From an uncultured Bacteroidales bacterium (lineage in GTDB: Bacteria; Bacteroidota; Bacteroidia; Bacteroidales; UBA932), in contig CALUQB010000009.1 of the NCBI GenBank assembly GCA_944322815.1, positions 12,027 to 76,026 of the forward strand: DNA of 64,000 nucleotides, written 5' to 3'. The notes beneath the pieces are model-generated. The model was not told where the DNA came from. It was given only the letters and a program-made list of their open reading frames with translations, and made no database searches. Positions within the stretch are counted from its first letter, which is position 1. Every line of letters begins with the position of its first letter. The position numbers and the translations under genes are program-made. Positions 1 to 9,126 of this stretch are shown piece after piece.

Positions 1-950
1 GCGCTTTTTGTCGTGACCAGAATCACGCCGAAAGCTGCTCTGGCACCGTACACGGCGGATGCAGAGGCATCTTTCAGTACGGAAATGCTTTCCACGTCAT
101 TCACATTGATATTGTCCAGAGAGCCGGGTATACCGTCTATCAGGATCAGAGGCTCGCCACCGTTGATGGAGCCTGTTCCTCGTATGTCGATGCTGCTGGA
201 CTTGCCGGGCTGTCCGGATGAAAAAGTGATGTTCAGGTTAGGAACCTGCCCCTGAAGGGCCTGTGTCATTTTAAGCACAGGACGGTCCGACATCTCATCA
301 GCCTTTATCTGGCTGACCGCACCTGTCACATTCACTTTTTTCTGGACTCCGTAACCGACTACCACTACCTCGTCGAGTGTGGATATGTCTTCCTGCATCG
401 GAATCGACATGTTCGCCGTAGCGCTTGAAGCAGGAATCTCCATATCCTTGAATCCTAAGAGAGAAACCGTGATCACATCGTCAGAAGGGACCTCAAGGCT
501 GAAGTTTCCGTCCAGATCGGTCACGGAAGACCGTGTCATATCGGCTTTGGAATATACCATGGCACCCACAAGGGGATCGCCATCCTGGTCCGTCACCTTT
601 CCTTTTACGAGCTTGAGCTTGTCAGACCGTGCTGCGGTTTTCGAAAGCAGGATATAGGAATCTTTGATATCATAGCGGATGCCTGTTCCGCGGACCATCT
701 GGTCGAGAGCCGTTGAAAGAGGCTCATTGTCCACATCGACAGTGACTTTCACGGAAAGATCCACATCTTTGTCTGAACCGAAAAGATAGCGGGTCTGCCG
801 CTCTATCTCGGTCATCACATTTTCCATGGCCGTATTCTCCATCTTTATCGTCACCCTGACATTCTGGGCAAAAGCTTCGGACGGAAACTGCAGGCAGGAA
901 AAATACAATAGAATAGCCAGGCAAATTTGCCGGACAATTATTTTCTTCAT
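1..950 (-). CDS. susC: SusC/RagA TonB-dependent receptor, N-terminal part (runs off left edge)
   Basis: Hand translation from ATG at 950: MKKIIVRQICLAILLYFSC...; STN-like region, CarboxypepD-like domain, LDEVVVVGYGVQKKVNVTGAVS and ISVLKDASASAVYGARAAFGVILVTTK plug motifs. Absent from the ORF track because there is no stop in the window. Confidence 0.95.
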   Translation of the reverse strand, partial: MKKIIVRQICLAILLYFSCLQFPSEAFAQNVRVTIKMENTAMENVMTEIERQTRYLFGSDKDVDLSVKVTVDVDNEPLSTALDQMVRGTGIRYDIKDSYILLSKTAARSDKLKLVKGKVTDQDGDPLVGAMVYSKADMTRSSVTDLDGNFSLEVPSDDVITVSLLGFKDMEIPASSATANMSIPMQEDISTLDEVVVVGYGVQKKVNVTGAVSQIKADEMSDRPVLKMTQALQGQVPNLNITFSSGQPGKSSSIDIRGTGSINGGEPLILIDGIPGSLDNINVNDVESISVLKDASASAVYGARAAFGVILVTTKS

Positions 951-1029
951 AAATTCGTAAAATTTTTTGAAGCAGCACGGAATCTGCTTGCTTCTGAGTT
1001 CAATCATTTTGTGTTATCAGGATTGGACG

Positions 1030-1068
1030 GCCTGCGGGTGTTGCAGCATCCGCAGGCTTTTTGTTTTT
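1030..1068 (+). terminator. GC-rich hairpin plus T-tract, antisense to the fecR-susC operon
   Basis: GCCTGCGGGTGT-TGCA-GCATCCGCAGGC (12-bp stem with 2 G:U pairs) followed by TTTTTGTTTTT on the + strand. Confidence 0.7.
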
Positions 1069-1210
1069 CCAGGCCCGACGGTTATCCGGTATCCATAAGC
1101 GTATCAGTTTAGTTTGTTATTAATCAGTTATGAGCAGTTATCAGGTATGTTGCAAGCCGGTTGTCCGGCATCCTGCCGGAGTCGTTTAAGGCCAATGCAA
1201 TATACGGTTT

Positions 1211-2182
1211 TCAGTCGATGTATATCGTATTTTCCGCCGTGTCGTATGTGTAGGTGAAGCCGGACGTCCTTTTCAAGATGTCCAAGGCAGTCGATATGCC
1301 GTCGGAAATCCTGATACGCAGTCTTCCATAGCCGATTTTCGGCAATTCACTGCGTCGTATGACTATGTTTACATTGTAGTATTTTTCAAATTTGGACATC
1401 AGCTGGTCGAACGGAAGCCCCGTCACCGAAATGATGCCTTCCGTCCACAGAAAATCATCCCTGCTGTCAAGTTCTGAAAGGGAAAGCCCCCCGTCAGCGT
1501 AAACAGCGACAGTGTTTTCAGTCATGGTATACTGCCGTCCGTCAGACTTGTCAAGCAAGGATACCTTTCCCTCCAGCAATGCGGTGGAGAAACGGGATTC
1601 TTCTTCCTCGGCCACGACATCGAATCTTGTTCCCAGAACCCTGATGTCATATAGGAATGTCTCTACAATAAACGGTTTGTCCTCATCGTGTCTGACATCG
1701 AATATGGCTTCTCCATCGAGTCTCACCCTCCTCTCGTTTCCGTAGAACACTGCCGGATATTCGATCCGGCTGTCAGCATTGAGATGCACTGTCGTCCCGT
1801 CGGAAAGGGTGACGGTCGTGATCTGTCCCGGACTGTTCGAAAGTGCCAGTGTGCTTTCTTTCACAAGATCCCTTACAGGCTTCGCAAAGAAACGGTCGGA
1901 AATGAAAAACCCTAAAGCCAGCGAAGCCGCCACACTGACTGTAAGCCATATCGTGCGGGACAGACGCCGGCGTTTCTGCACCTGGATTTCCGCCTGGCTG
2001 CGCACCTTGCCGACTTCCGCAGATGACAGGAACATCTGGCTTACAAGGAAAACGTCGTATGCCTTTCTGAATTCCCGTTCGTTGTCCCCGCTCTCTTTGA
2101 GCCAGCGTCCCAGACACTCCGCCTCTTCTTCCGTGTTCTCGTTCTGAAAGAACCTGTACATCAAGTTTCTGTCTACTTTCAT
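1211..2182 (-). CDS. FecR-family anti-sigma factor
   Basis: N-terminal 'EEEAECLGRWL' helix, one TM segment, TVTLSDGTTVHLNADSRIEYP and LDGEAIFDV FecR motifs; lies upstream of susC. Confidence 0.95.
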   Translation of the reverse strand: MKVDRNLMYRFFQNENTEEEAECLGRWLKESGDNEREFRKAYDVFLVSQMFLSSAEVGKVRSQAEIQVQKRRRLSRTIWLTVSVAASLALGFFISDRFFAKPVRDLVKESTLALSNSPGQITTVTLSDGTTVHLNADSRIEYPAVFYGNERRVRLDGEAIFDVRHDEDKPFIVETFLYDIRVLGTRFDVVAEEEESRFSTALLEGKVSLLDKSDGRQYTMTENTVAVYADGGLSLSELDSRDDFLWTEGIISVTGLPFDQLMSKFEKYYNVNIVIRRSELPKIGYGRLRIRISDGISTALDILKRTSGFTYTYDTAENTIYID

Positions 2183-2275
2183 CTGTCTTGTATTTTTCCG
2201 ACTTCATAATTAATTACACGGAACCGCGGCAGATTCCTAAAATATTTCCTTATTTTTACAGCCAAACTTCAATCA

Positions 2276-2857
2276 ATGGAAAGAAAAGACAGCCGTGATG
2301 ACATAGTATTCCGCCAGGCATTCAACGAGAACAGGGAAATGCTCGAAAGGCTTGCGTATTTTTCCGTACGCGACAAGGAGACGGCAAGAGACATAGTCAG
2401 CAGCACATTTCTGAAACTGTGGGAAACAAGAGAAAGGATAGATATGGACAGATTTCTTCCCTATATCTACATATCGGTCAAAAATGCCTGCATAAACTAC
2501 AGACGAGATTCAGCCGCCCACCGGAATGTCTACGACAACATACGGCAGCGGGAACAGTCTGCCATGGAATTCTATACAAAAGCCATCGAAAGCTGCAATC
2601 CCGCCGAACTCTATGTGGAAGACATTCTTTCCATCTGCAGGGAACGGCTCGAAAATTACCCTCCCCTGTTGCGGCTTATCTATATCAAGAGAGTAGTGGA
2701 AGGTCTCAGTTACAAGGAGATAGCCGAAGCTCTCGACATCTCCGTAAAAAAAGTGGACAACAGCCTGCAGTTCGTGCTGAAAGATCTCAGAATAGCCCTT
2801 GCAGACTATCTGCACATCTTCATGCTGATGGCATTGGCTGCGACTGTCAGAATATAA
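2276..2857 (+). CDS. ECF sigma-70 factor (Bacteroides expansion type)
   Basis: Region 2 (ARDIVSSTFLKLWE...VKNACINY) and region 4 (GLSYKEIAEALDISVKKV); divergent from fecR. Confidence 0.95.
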   Translation: MERKDSRDDIVFRQAFNENREMLERLAYFSVRDKETARDIVSSTFLKLWETRERIDMDRFLPYIYISVKNACINYRRDSAAHRNVYDNIRQREQSAMEFYTKAIESCNPAELYVEDILSICRERLENYPPLLRLIYIKRVVEGLSYKEIAEALDISVKKVDNSLQFVLKDLRIALADYLHIFMLMALAATVRI

Positions 2858-2889
2858 TGGCAGACTAATGGAATGTATATCCCTGATTT

Positions 2890-2921
2890 CTTGGCAAATT
2901 TCAAAACTGTTTATAAATTTG
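2890..2921 (+). promoter_or_regulatory. Bacteroidetes primary-sigma promoter for the nag operon
   Basis: TAAATTTG (TAnnTTTG, 2914-2921) with CTTG 20 nt upstream. Confidence 0.6.
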
Positions 2922-2967
2922 CAAGATGCCAAACGGGAATATGTCCATATAACTACACATAATAATT

Positions 2968-4884
2968 ATGAAACACTTTACTTTACCGAAAGATGGCGGT
3001 CTGATCGAAAAGGGACTGCCGACCGACATTCTCCACAGTTACGAGAAAATCCCAGCAGAAATCTATGAGGACCAGGAAGATGCCAGTGAAAAGATAGCGG
3101 ACATCATAGTCGAAGCCATCAAAAACCACAAAGGCGGCAACTTCAGGCTCGGTCTCACTACAGGCACCACTCCGGTGACCCTTTACAGGGAACTTTCAGC
3201 CAAATACAAGGAAGGGGCCGTATCTTTCGCGAACGTTGAAGTATACAGCATTGATGAATATTATCCGGTAGGGACAGCCGCAGCGCAGAGCAGGAACCAC
3301 AGGCTTCACGAAGAGTTCCTGAACAATGTGGATGTGAAAAAGGAGAACATCCACCTCCCTGACGGCACGGTGGACAAGGAAAAGGTTTCGGAATACTGCG
3401 CAGAATATGACCGCGCCGTATCCGGTCTGGATCTGCTCGTCATCGGTGTGGGCGAACAGGGCCAGATAGGATTCAACGAGGCCGGATCATCGGAGAAGAG
3501 CCGCACACGTACCGTACTCCTTTCATACAAGTCCAGAAAGGCACAGTCACGGAACTTCAACGGCAACATCGCAGACACTCCGAAAACAGCCATCACCGTG
3601 GGTATAGCCACACTGATGAGTGCGAAGAAAATCATCCTGATGGCCTGGGGCGAGGACAAGGCCGCAGCGGTAAAGGACATCGTCGAAGGTCCTGTGACCG
3701 CATCATGTCCTGCATCTTTCCTCCAGAAACACGAAAACATATCGTTCTACACCGATGACAATTCAGCCAGCCTGCTGACCAGAGTCGTGGCCCCATGGCT
3801 CGTAGGACCATGCGAATGGACTCCTAAATTCATCAGGAAAGCTGTGGTATGGCTCTGCGAGACTGTGCACAAGCCTATACTCAAACTGAAATACCAGGAC
3901 TATATCCAGAACTCGCTCGGAGAGCTTCTCGAAAAGAAAGGACCTTACGACAAGATAAACATCGACGTGTTCAACGACCTGCAGCACACCATCTCGGGAT
4001 GGCCGGGCGGAAAGCCTAATGCAGATGATTCCACACGTCCCGTACCTGCCACACCGTTCCCCAAGAGAGTGGTCATCTTCTCTCCTCATCCTGATGATGA
4101 CGTCATCTCAATGGGCGGTACATTCATCCGTCTGGTAGAGCAGGGACATGATGTCCATGTAGCCTACGAAACTTCCGGCAACGTGGCCGTGCATGATGAC
4201 GTAGTCCTCCAGCACATGGATACTGCCCACGAACTCGGCTTTGCAGACAAATTCGAGGAAGTGAAGGCGATAGTGGCCAGCAAGAAACCCGGAGAGCCGG
4301 AGCCGCGTGCCCTTCTCGACATCAAGGCCGCTATCCGCCGCGCAGAGGCCAGGTCGGCAGTGAGGTCATTCGGCCTTAACGAAAATACGAACGCCCACTT
4401 CCTGAACCTTCCGTTCTATGAGACAGGAGGCATCAAGAAAGGACAGAGGACGCAGAAAGACATAGACATCATCATCGACCTGCTGCAGAAAGTGAAACCT
4501 CACCAGATTTACATAGCAGGCGACCTGGCTGACCCTCATGGCACTCACAGGGTATGTACCGAAGCCGTGCTCGAAGCTCTCGACCAGCTGAAGAACGAAT
4601 CATGGATGAAAGAATGCCACGTCTGGATGTACCGCGGAGCATGGATGGAATGGGAACTCGGAAGAGTGGACATGGCTGTTCCTCTCAGCCCTGACGAGCT
4701 CATAAAGAAGCGTCACGCCATCTACAGGCACGTATCACAGAAAGATATCGTTCCGTTCCCTGGAGAGGATCCGCGCGAATTCTGGCAGAGGGCCGAAGAC
4801 AGGACACAGAACACTGCCCGCCTGTACGACGAACTCGGTATGGCGGAATACCAGGCGATCGAAGTATTCGTAAAACTGTTCTGA
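2968..4884 (+). CDS. Glucosamine-6-P deaminase-like domain fused to LmbE/PIG-L deacetylase domain
   Basis: N-terminal NagB fold (GLTTGTTP, IDEYY, GFNEAG); C-terminal FSPHPDDDVISMGG and DPHGTH motifs. Confidence 0.92.
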   Translation: MKHFTLPKDGGLIEKGLPTDILHSYEKIPAEIYEDQEDASEKIADIIVEAIKNHKGGNFRLGLTTGTTPVTLYRELSAKYKEGAVSFANVEVYSIDEYYPVGTAAAQSRNHRLHEEFLNNVDVKKENIHLPDGTVDKEKVSEYCAEYDRAVSGLDLLVIGVGEQGQIGFNEAGSSEKSRTRTVLLSYKSRKAQSRNFNGNIADTPKTAITVGIATLMSAKKIILMAWGEDKAAAVKDIVEGPVTASCPASFLQKHENISFYTDDNSASLLTRVVAPWLVGPCEWTPKFIRKAVVWLCETVHKPILKLKYQDYIQNSLGELLEKKGPYDKINIDVFNDLQHTISGWPGGKPNADDSTRPVPATPFPKRVVIFSPHPDDDVISMGGTFIRLVEQGHDVHVAYETSGNVAVHDDVVLQHMDTAHELGFADKFEEVKAIVASKKPGEPEPRALLDIKAAIRRAEARSAVRSFGLNENTNAHFLNLPFYETGGIKKGQRTQKDIDIIIDLLQKVKPHQIYIAGDLADPHGTHRVCTEAVLEALDQLKNESWMKECHVWMYRGAWMEWELGRVDMAVPLSPDELIKKRHAIYRHVSQKDIVPFPGEDPREFWQRAEDRTQNTARLYDELGMAEYQAIEVFVKLF

Positions 4885-4915
4885 CGGTAAAAATTCAATA
4901 TAAAACAGACAAAAA

Positions 4916-5707
4916 ATGAGACTCATCATCAACGAAAATGACGCGAAGGGTGCCATCTGGGCAGCCCATTACATAGTATCGAAAATAAAGGAAAAGGCCG
5001 CGAAGACAGACAAGCCGTTCGTGCTCGGTCTGCCTACGGGCTCGACCCCTATAGCCACCTACAAGGAACTCATCCGCATGAACCAGACCGGAGAAGTTTC
5101 CTTCAAGAACGTCATCACTTTCAACATGGACGAATACGTAGGCCTTCCCGAATCACATCCTGAGAGCTACCACTCGTTCATGGCGAAGAATTTCTTCGAT
5201 CACGTGGATGTACCTAAGGAAAACATAAACATACTGAACGGCAACGCTCCTGATCTCGAGGCCGAGTGTGCTTCATACGAAGCCCGTATAGAGGCTGCAG
5301 GCGGCATAGACCTGTTCATGGGCGGAGTGGGAGAAGACGGACATCTCGCATTCAACGAGCCGTTCTCGTCCCTGGTGTCGCGAACCAGAGTGAAGACCCT
5401 GACATACGACACTATCCTGGTGAACTCGCGTTTCTTCGACAACGACATCACGAAGGTGCCGAAACTCGCCCTGACAGTGGGAGTGGGTACAGTGATGTCC
5501 GCGAAAGAAGTGCTGGTACTCGCTTTCGGACACAAGAAAGCCCGTGCCCTCCAGCAGGCGGTGGAAGGTGCATATTCACAGTCATGCACACTCTCCGCAC
5601 TCCAGGCCCATCCGCACGGCATCATCGTCTGCGACGAGCTTGCTGCAGGAGAACTGAAGGTGAACACTTACAGGTATTTCAAGGATATTGAGAAAAACAA
5701 TCTCTAA
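4916..5707 (+). CDS. nagB: Glucosamine-6-phosphate deaminase
   Basis: [26 protein letters not shown]; canonical length. Confidence 0.97.
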   Translation: MRLIINENDAKGAIWAAHYIVSKIKEKAAKTDKPFVLGLPTGSTPIATYKELIRMNQTGEVSFKNVITFNMDEYVGLPESHPESYHSFMAKNFFDHVDVPKENINILNGNAPDLEAECASYEARIEAAGGIDLFMGGVGEDGHLAFNEPFSSLVSRTRVKTLTYDTILVNSRFFDNDITKVPKLALTVGVGTVMSAKEVLVLAFGHKKARALQQAVEGAYSQSCTLSALQAHPHGIIVCDELAAGELKVNTYRYFKDIEKNNL

Positions 5708-6770
5708 TATCCCCCGGACAGAAGGCATCAAGTATGCCGGATCGAAACTGAGACTTCTTCCACATATTCTGGAAGAAGTCTCGGTTCTTGATGTGCATAC
5801 CGTGCTGGACGCATTCAGCGGCACTACGAGGGTAGCCCAGGCCTTTGCCCAGACAGGATACGAGACGACGGCAAACGACATCTCCGAATGGTCGGAGGTG
5901 TTCGGCAACTGCTATCTCAAATCAGCCATGGATGACTCCTATTACCAGGAAATCATAGACATGCTCAACAGCCTGGAAGGGTACGACGGATGGTTCACGG
6001 AACATTACGGAGGGAATGACGAAACAGGGAAAAAACCGTTCCAGCGGCACAATACACGGAAGCTTGATGCCATCAGGGACAAAATCGACACCCTCGGCCT
6101 GCCATGGGTGGACAAATGCGTCCTGCTCACCAGCCTCATCCTGGCCCTGGACTCCGTGGACAATACTCTCGGGCATTTCGCATCCTATCTGTCAGGATGG
6201 GCTCCGCGCTCATACAGGACCATGAAACTGAAAATGCCGCAGAGATTTCCGCTGACTACCGGGAACACCGTCCTGAAAGGCGACATATTTTCAGCCCTCG
6301 ACAGGCATTACGATCTCATCTATTTCGACCCGCCTTACGGGTCGAACAATGAAAAGATGCCTCCGAGCAGGGTCCGGTACGCCTCATACTATCATATATG
6401 GAAAACAGTGATCCTCAACGACAAGCCGGCAGTTTTCGGAAAAGCCGGCAGGCGTGAGGACAGCAAGGACACCGTTTCGGCATCCGTATTTGAAGACTAC
6501 AGGAAAGACGGGAACGGCAAGCATGTCGCCATGCAGGCCATAGACCGCCTGATAGAAAAGGCCGATGCACGGTATATCCTCCTGTCATACAGCTCGGGAG
6601 GCAGGGCGACAAGAGACGAACTGGCCGATATCATGAATTCCCACGGCCGCCTGCTCCATGTCAGTGAAATAGACTATCGGAAGAACGTCATGTCCCGGCT
6701 TTCCTGGACGGAAAAATGGCTGAACGACTACGGTCCGAACAAGGAATTCCTTTTCCTGATGGAAAAGTAG
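5688..6770 (+). CDS. N6-adenine DNA methyltransferase (D12 class, FokI/NlaIII-like), orphan
   Basis: YAGSK, motif I DAFSGT, motif [11 protein letters not shown]; TTG start overlaps the nagB 3' end by 20 nt. Confidence 0.9.
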   Translation: MRKTISNIPRTEGIKYAGSKLRLLPHILEEVSVLDVHTVLDAFSGTTRVAQAFAQTGYETTANDISEWSEVFGNCYLKSAMDDSYYQEIIDMLNSLEGYDGWFTEHYGGNDETGKKPFQRHNTRKLDAIRDKIDTLGLPWVDKCVLLTSLILALDSVDNTLGHFASYLSGWAPRSYRTMKLKMPQRFPLTTGNTVLKGDIFSALDRHYDLIYFDPPYGSNNEKMPPSRVRYASYYHIWKTVILNDKPAVFGKAGRREDSKDTVSASVFEDYRKDGNGKHVAMQAIDRLIEKADARYILLSYSSGGRATRDELADIMNSHGRLLHVSEIDYRKNVMSRLSWTEKWLNDYGPNKEFLFLMEK

Positions 6771-6785
6771 ACACGGGAACAGCCC

Positions 6786-8168
6786 CTATTCCTCCGGCTT
6801 TTTTCTCTTCCAGTTCAGGACAGGAAGCAGGAAAGACACCACGGCAGCACCTACCCAGAATATGGATACATAGGTAAAGTCATATTGGAGTACTTCTCCG
6901 GTGGTCTCATCGATCAGAGCCTGTCCGTCTATCAGCCATCCGCTGATGATATTCATCAGGCCGGCGGCAGCATACGAGGCCAGCCCCACTATACCAAGCG
7001 CAGCTCCAGTCGCTTTCCTCGGCACGAGATCCACGGCCATCAACCCTCCTACAAAACAGATCAGCACTCCTATTGATATGCCGAACAGGACCATGGCGGC
7101 GATATTGACGGCCCAGCCGTCACCTCCATAGAGGAAAAGGACCAGAGACACGGATTCCAGTATTCCGGCTGTCAGGGCAGGCCATTTGCGGTCTCCCTTG
7201 AATAGCGTGTCGGATATCCATCCGCCGCATACGGTACCCAGAATGCCGGCTATAGTATTCACGGCTATGATCGAAGATGCTTCGAGAAGTTCGAATCCCT
7301 TGTTTTTCTGCAGGAAGAACATTCCCCATTCGTTGATGGCATACCGGCTCATGTACATGAAGGCACTCGAAAGAGCCAGAATCCACACTCCCGGATTCTT
7401 GAGAACCGACTTGTGGATGCTGTGGGTGTCTCCCCTGCCGGTTTTCTCTCCGGCGAGGACCTCCACCGGAGGCAGGCCCTTGCTTTCAGGTGTATCGTGC
7501 AGCCACAGGGCTATGAGCGTGACGCCGAGAGCTCCGGCCAGGGAAGCCCCGAAAAAGCCCCACTGCCATCCTGCGGCAGATACTATGAGACTGACGAAAA
7601 TGAATGCCAGTCCCTCTCCGAAATTGTGCGAAGCACTGAAAAACCCATAGAATGTCCCCCTGATCTTGAGAGGATACCACCGGGACAGGGAAATGATGGC
7701 CGGAGAAGCCCCCATGGATTGCGACCATCCGTTCAGTGTCCACATTATGGCGAACATTATGAACATCAGGGAACCGGCCAGACCGGCCATGCCGTTCCAC
7801 AGACCTATCATTCCCATCACGGCATTGGCGAAAGCCGATACGACCAGACCTGTAGCCATGAACTTGCGGATATTGCAGTAGTCCGCCAGAAAACCGTTCA
7901 CGAATTTGCCTACGGCATAGGTCCAGTAGAGACAGGCACCTATGATACCGAGCTGGGTAGCGTCCAGGGCACCGGAATCGATGATAGGCTGCTTCATCAC
8001 GTTCAGGGACGTGCGGCAGACATAATAGAGGCTGTAGCCCACGGTCGCCGCGATGAAAGCCTGGAGTCTCAGACGCTTGTATTTCCTGTCGACATCGGCG
8101 GCAGGGACCCTGGTGTCAGACGGCGGGCTGACACTGTAGAAATTCTTTATCGCTCCTGTTATTCCCAT
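6786..8168 (-). CDS. MFS organophosphate:Pi antiporter (GlpT/UhpT family)
   Basis: GYSLYYVCRTSL, GKFVNGFLAD, NGWSQSMG, RGTFYGFFSASHN motifs; about 12 TM segments. Confidence 0.92.
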   Translation of the reverse strand: MGITGAIKNFYSVSPPSDTRVPAADVDRKYKRLRLQAFIAATVGYSLYYVCRTSLNVMKQPIIDSGALDATQLGIIGACLYWTYAVGKFVNGFLADYCNIRKFMATGLVVSAFANAVMGMIGLWNGMAGLAGSLMFIMFAIMWTLNGWSQSMGASPAIISLSRWYPLKIRGTFYGFFSASHNFGEGLAFIFVSLIVSAAGWQWGFFGASLAGALGVTLIALWLHDTPESKGLPPVEVLAGEKTGRGDTHSIHKSVLKNPGVWILALSSAFMYMSRYAINEWGMFFLQKNKGFELLEASSIIAVNTIAGILGTVCGGWISDTLFKGDRKWPALTAGILESVSLVLFLYGGDGWAVNIAAMVLFGISIGVLICFVGGLMAVDLVPRKATGAALGIVGLASYAAAGLMNIISGWLIDGQALIDETTGEVLQYDFTYVSIFWVGAAVVSFLLPVLNWKRKKPEE

Positions 8169-8190
8169 AAAACAGCTGATGTAACGTTAA

Positions 8191-9126
8191 TCAATCATGC
8201 CTGCCGGCTGAACGCAGATAGTCCAGAAGCATTTCCGGACGGTCCGTCTGGATGACTGACACACCCATGTCGAGATACTTTCCGTAAACGTCTCCCGGGT
8301 CGGACGCAGCGAATGCGGCATCATCATCGTTCCCCGGACCTCCGCACAGAGACGGCCACAGAGTGTTGACCCATATTTTCGACCCGGTCTCACGAATCAC
8401 TGCCATACACTCTTCCGCTTCCTTGCAAGGAGTGTCCCAGCAAACTTCATAAGCCATGGGCACTACACCTTTCTCCTGATATTCGGCGAAGAGAGCCTGG
8501 CCCGAAGGCTTGCAGATATCGATGATCGGCATATAAAGCAGGTTACGCTCATGCCGGGCCATATCAGCTCCTACCTCGTCCACGCTGCTCTTTCCCTTCA
8601 TCAGCACCTGGTCCGTGACTCCGAGTTCTTCAGTCAGCCTGACTATCATGTCATAGTAAGGATATGCATGATCCACGTTCACCAGAATCCTGTCCTTGCA
8701 GCAGAGCAGAGCCTCGCGGAGGGTCGGCATCCTGAGAGTATCCGTCACCACTCCGTGCGCCCTTTTCAGACGGAAAGTCATGAGTGAGTCATAGGTCATG
8801 TCGCTGACCCTCCCCTTTCCGTTCGTAGTGCGGTCTATCGTATAGTCATGACAGAGGACCAGAACGCTGTCCCTGGTCATTTTCACATCCAGTTCCATCA
8901 TGTCGGCACCCATGCGGATAACCGATTCGATGGCCGGAATGGAATTTTCCGGATAGTTCCGCCAGTCTCCCCTATGCGAAACCACCAGTACGTAATCCGA
9001 TGCCGGATCATTCAGTTCCGCCAGTATCCTGTCTGTCCTGACCTCATATCCGGTGTCCTGACTGCCGCAGGACAATGCTGCCGCAGCCACGGCTGCAGCC
9101 GCCAAAAGTCTGATAATTTTCAACAT
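8191..9126 (-). CDS. Glycerophosphodiester phosphodiesterase (GDPD) lipoprotein
   Basis: Lipobox ALSC; SHRGDW..PENS, MELDV, IQTDRP motifs. Confidence 0.93.
   Translation of the reverse strand: MLKIIRLLAAAAVAAAALSCGSQDTGYEVRTDRILAELNDPASDYVLVVSHRGDWRNYPENSIPAIESVIRMGADMMELDVKMTRDSVLVLCHDYTIDRTTNGKGRVSDMTYDSLMTFRLKRAHGVVTDTLRMPTLREALLCCKDRILVNVDHAYPYYDMIVRLTEELGVTDQVLMKGKSSVDEVGADMARHERNLLYMPIIDICKPSGQALFAEYQEKGVVPMAYEVCWDTPCKEAEECMAVIRETGSKIWVNTLWPSLCGGPGNDDDAAFAASDPGDVYGKYLDMGVSVIQTDRPEMLLDYLRSAGRHD

Noticed and set aside
5688-6770. Complete restriction-modification system or prophage-borne MTase
   Set aside because: No endonuclease, specificity subunit, integrase or phage gene is adjacent.
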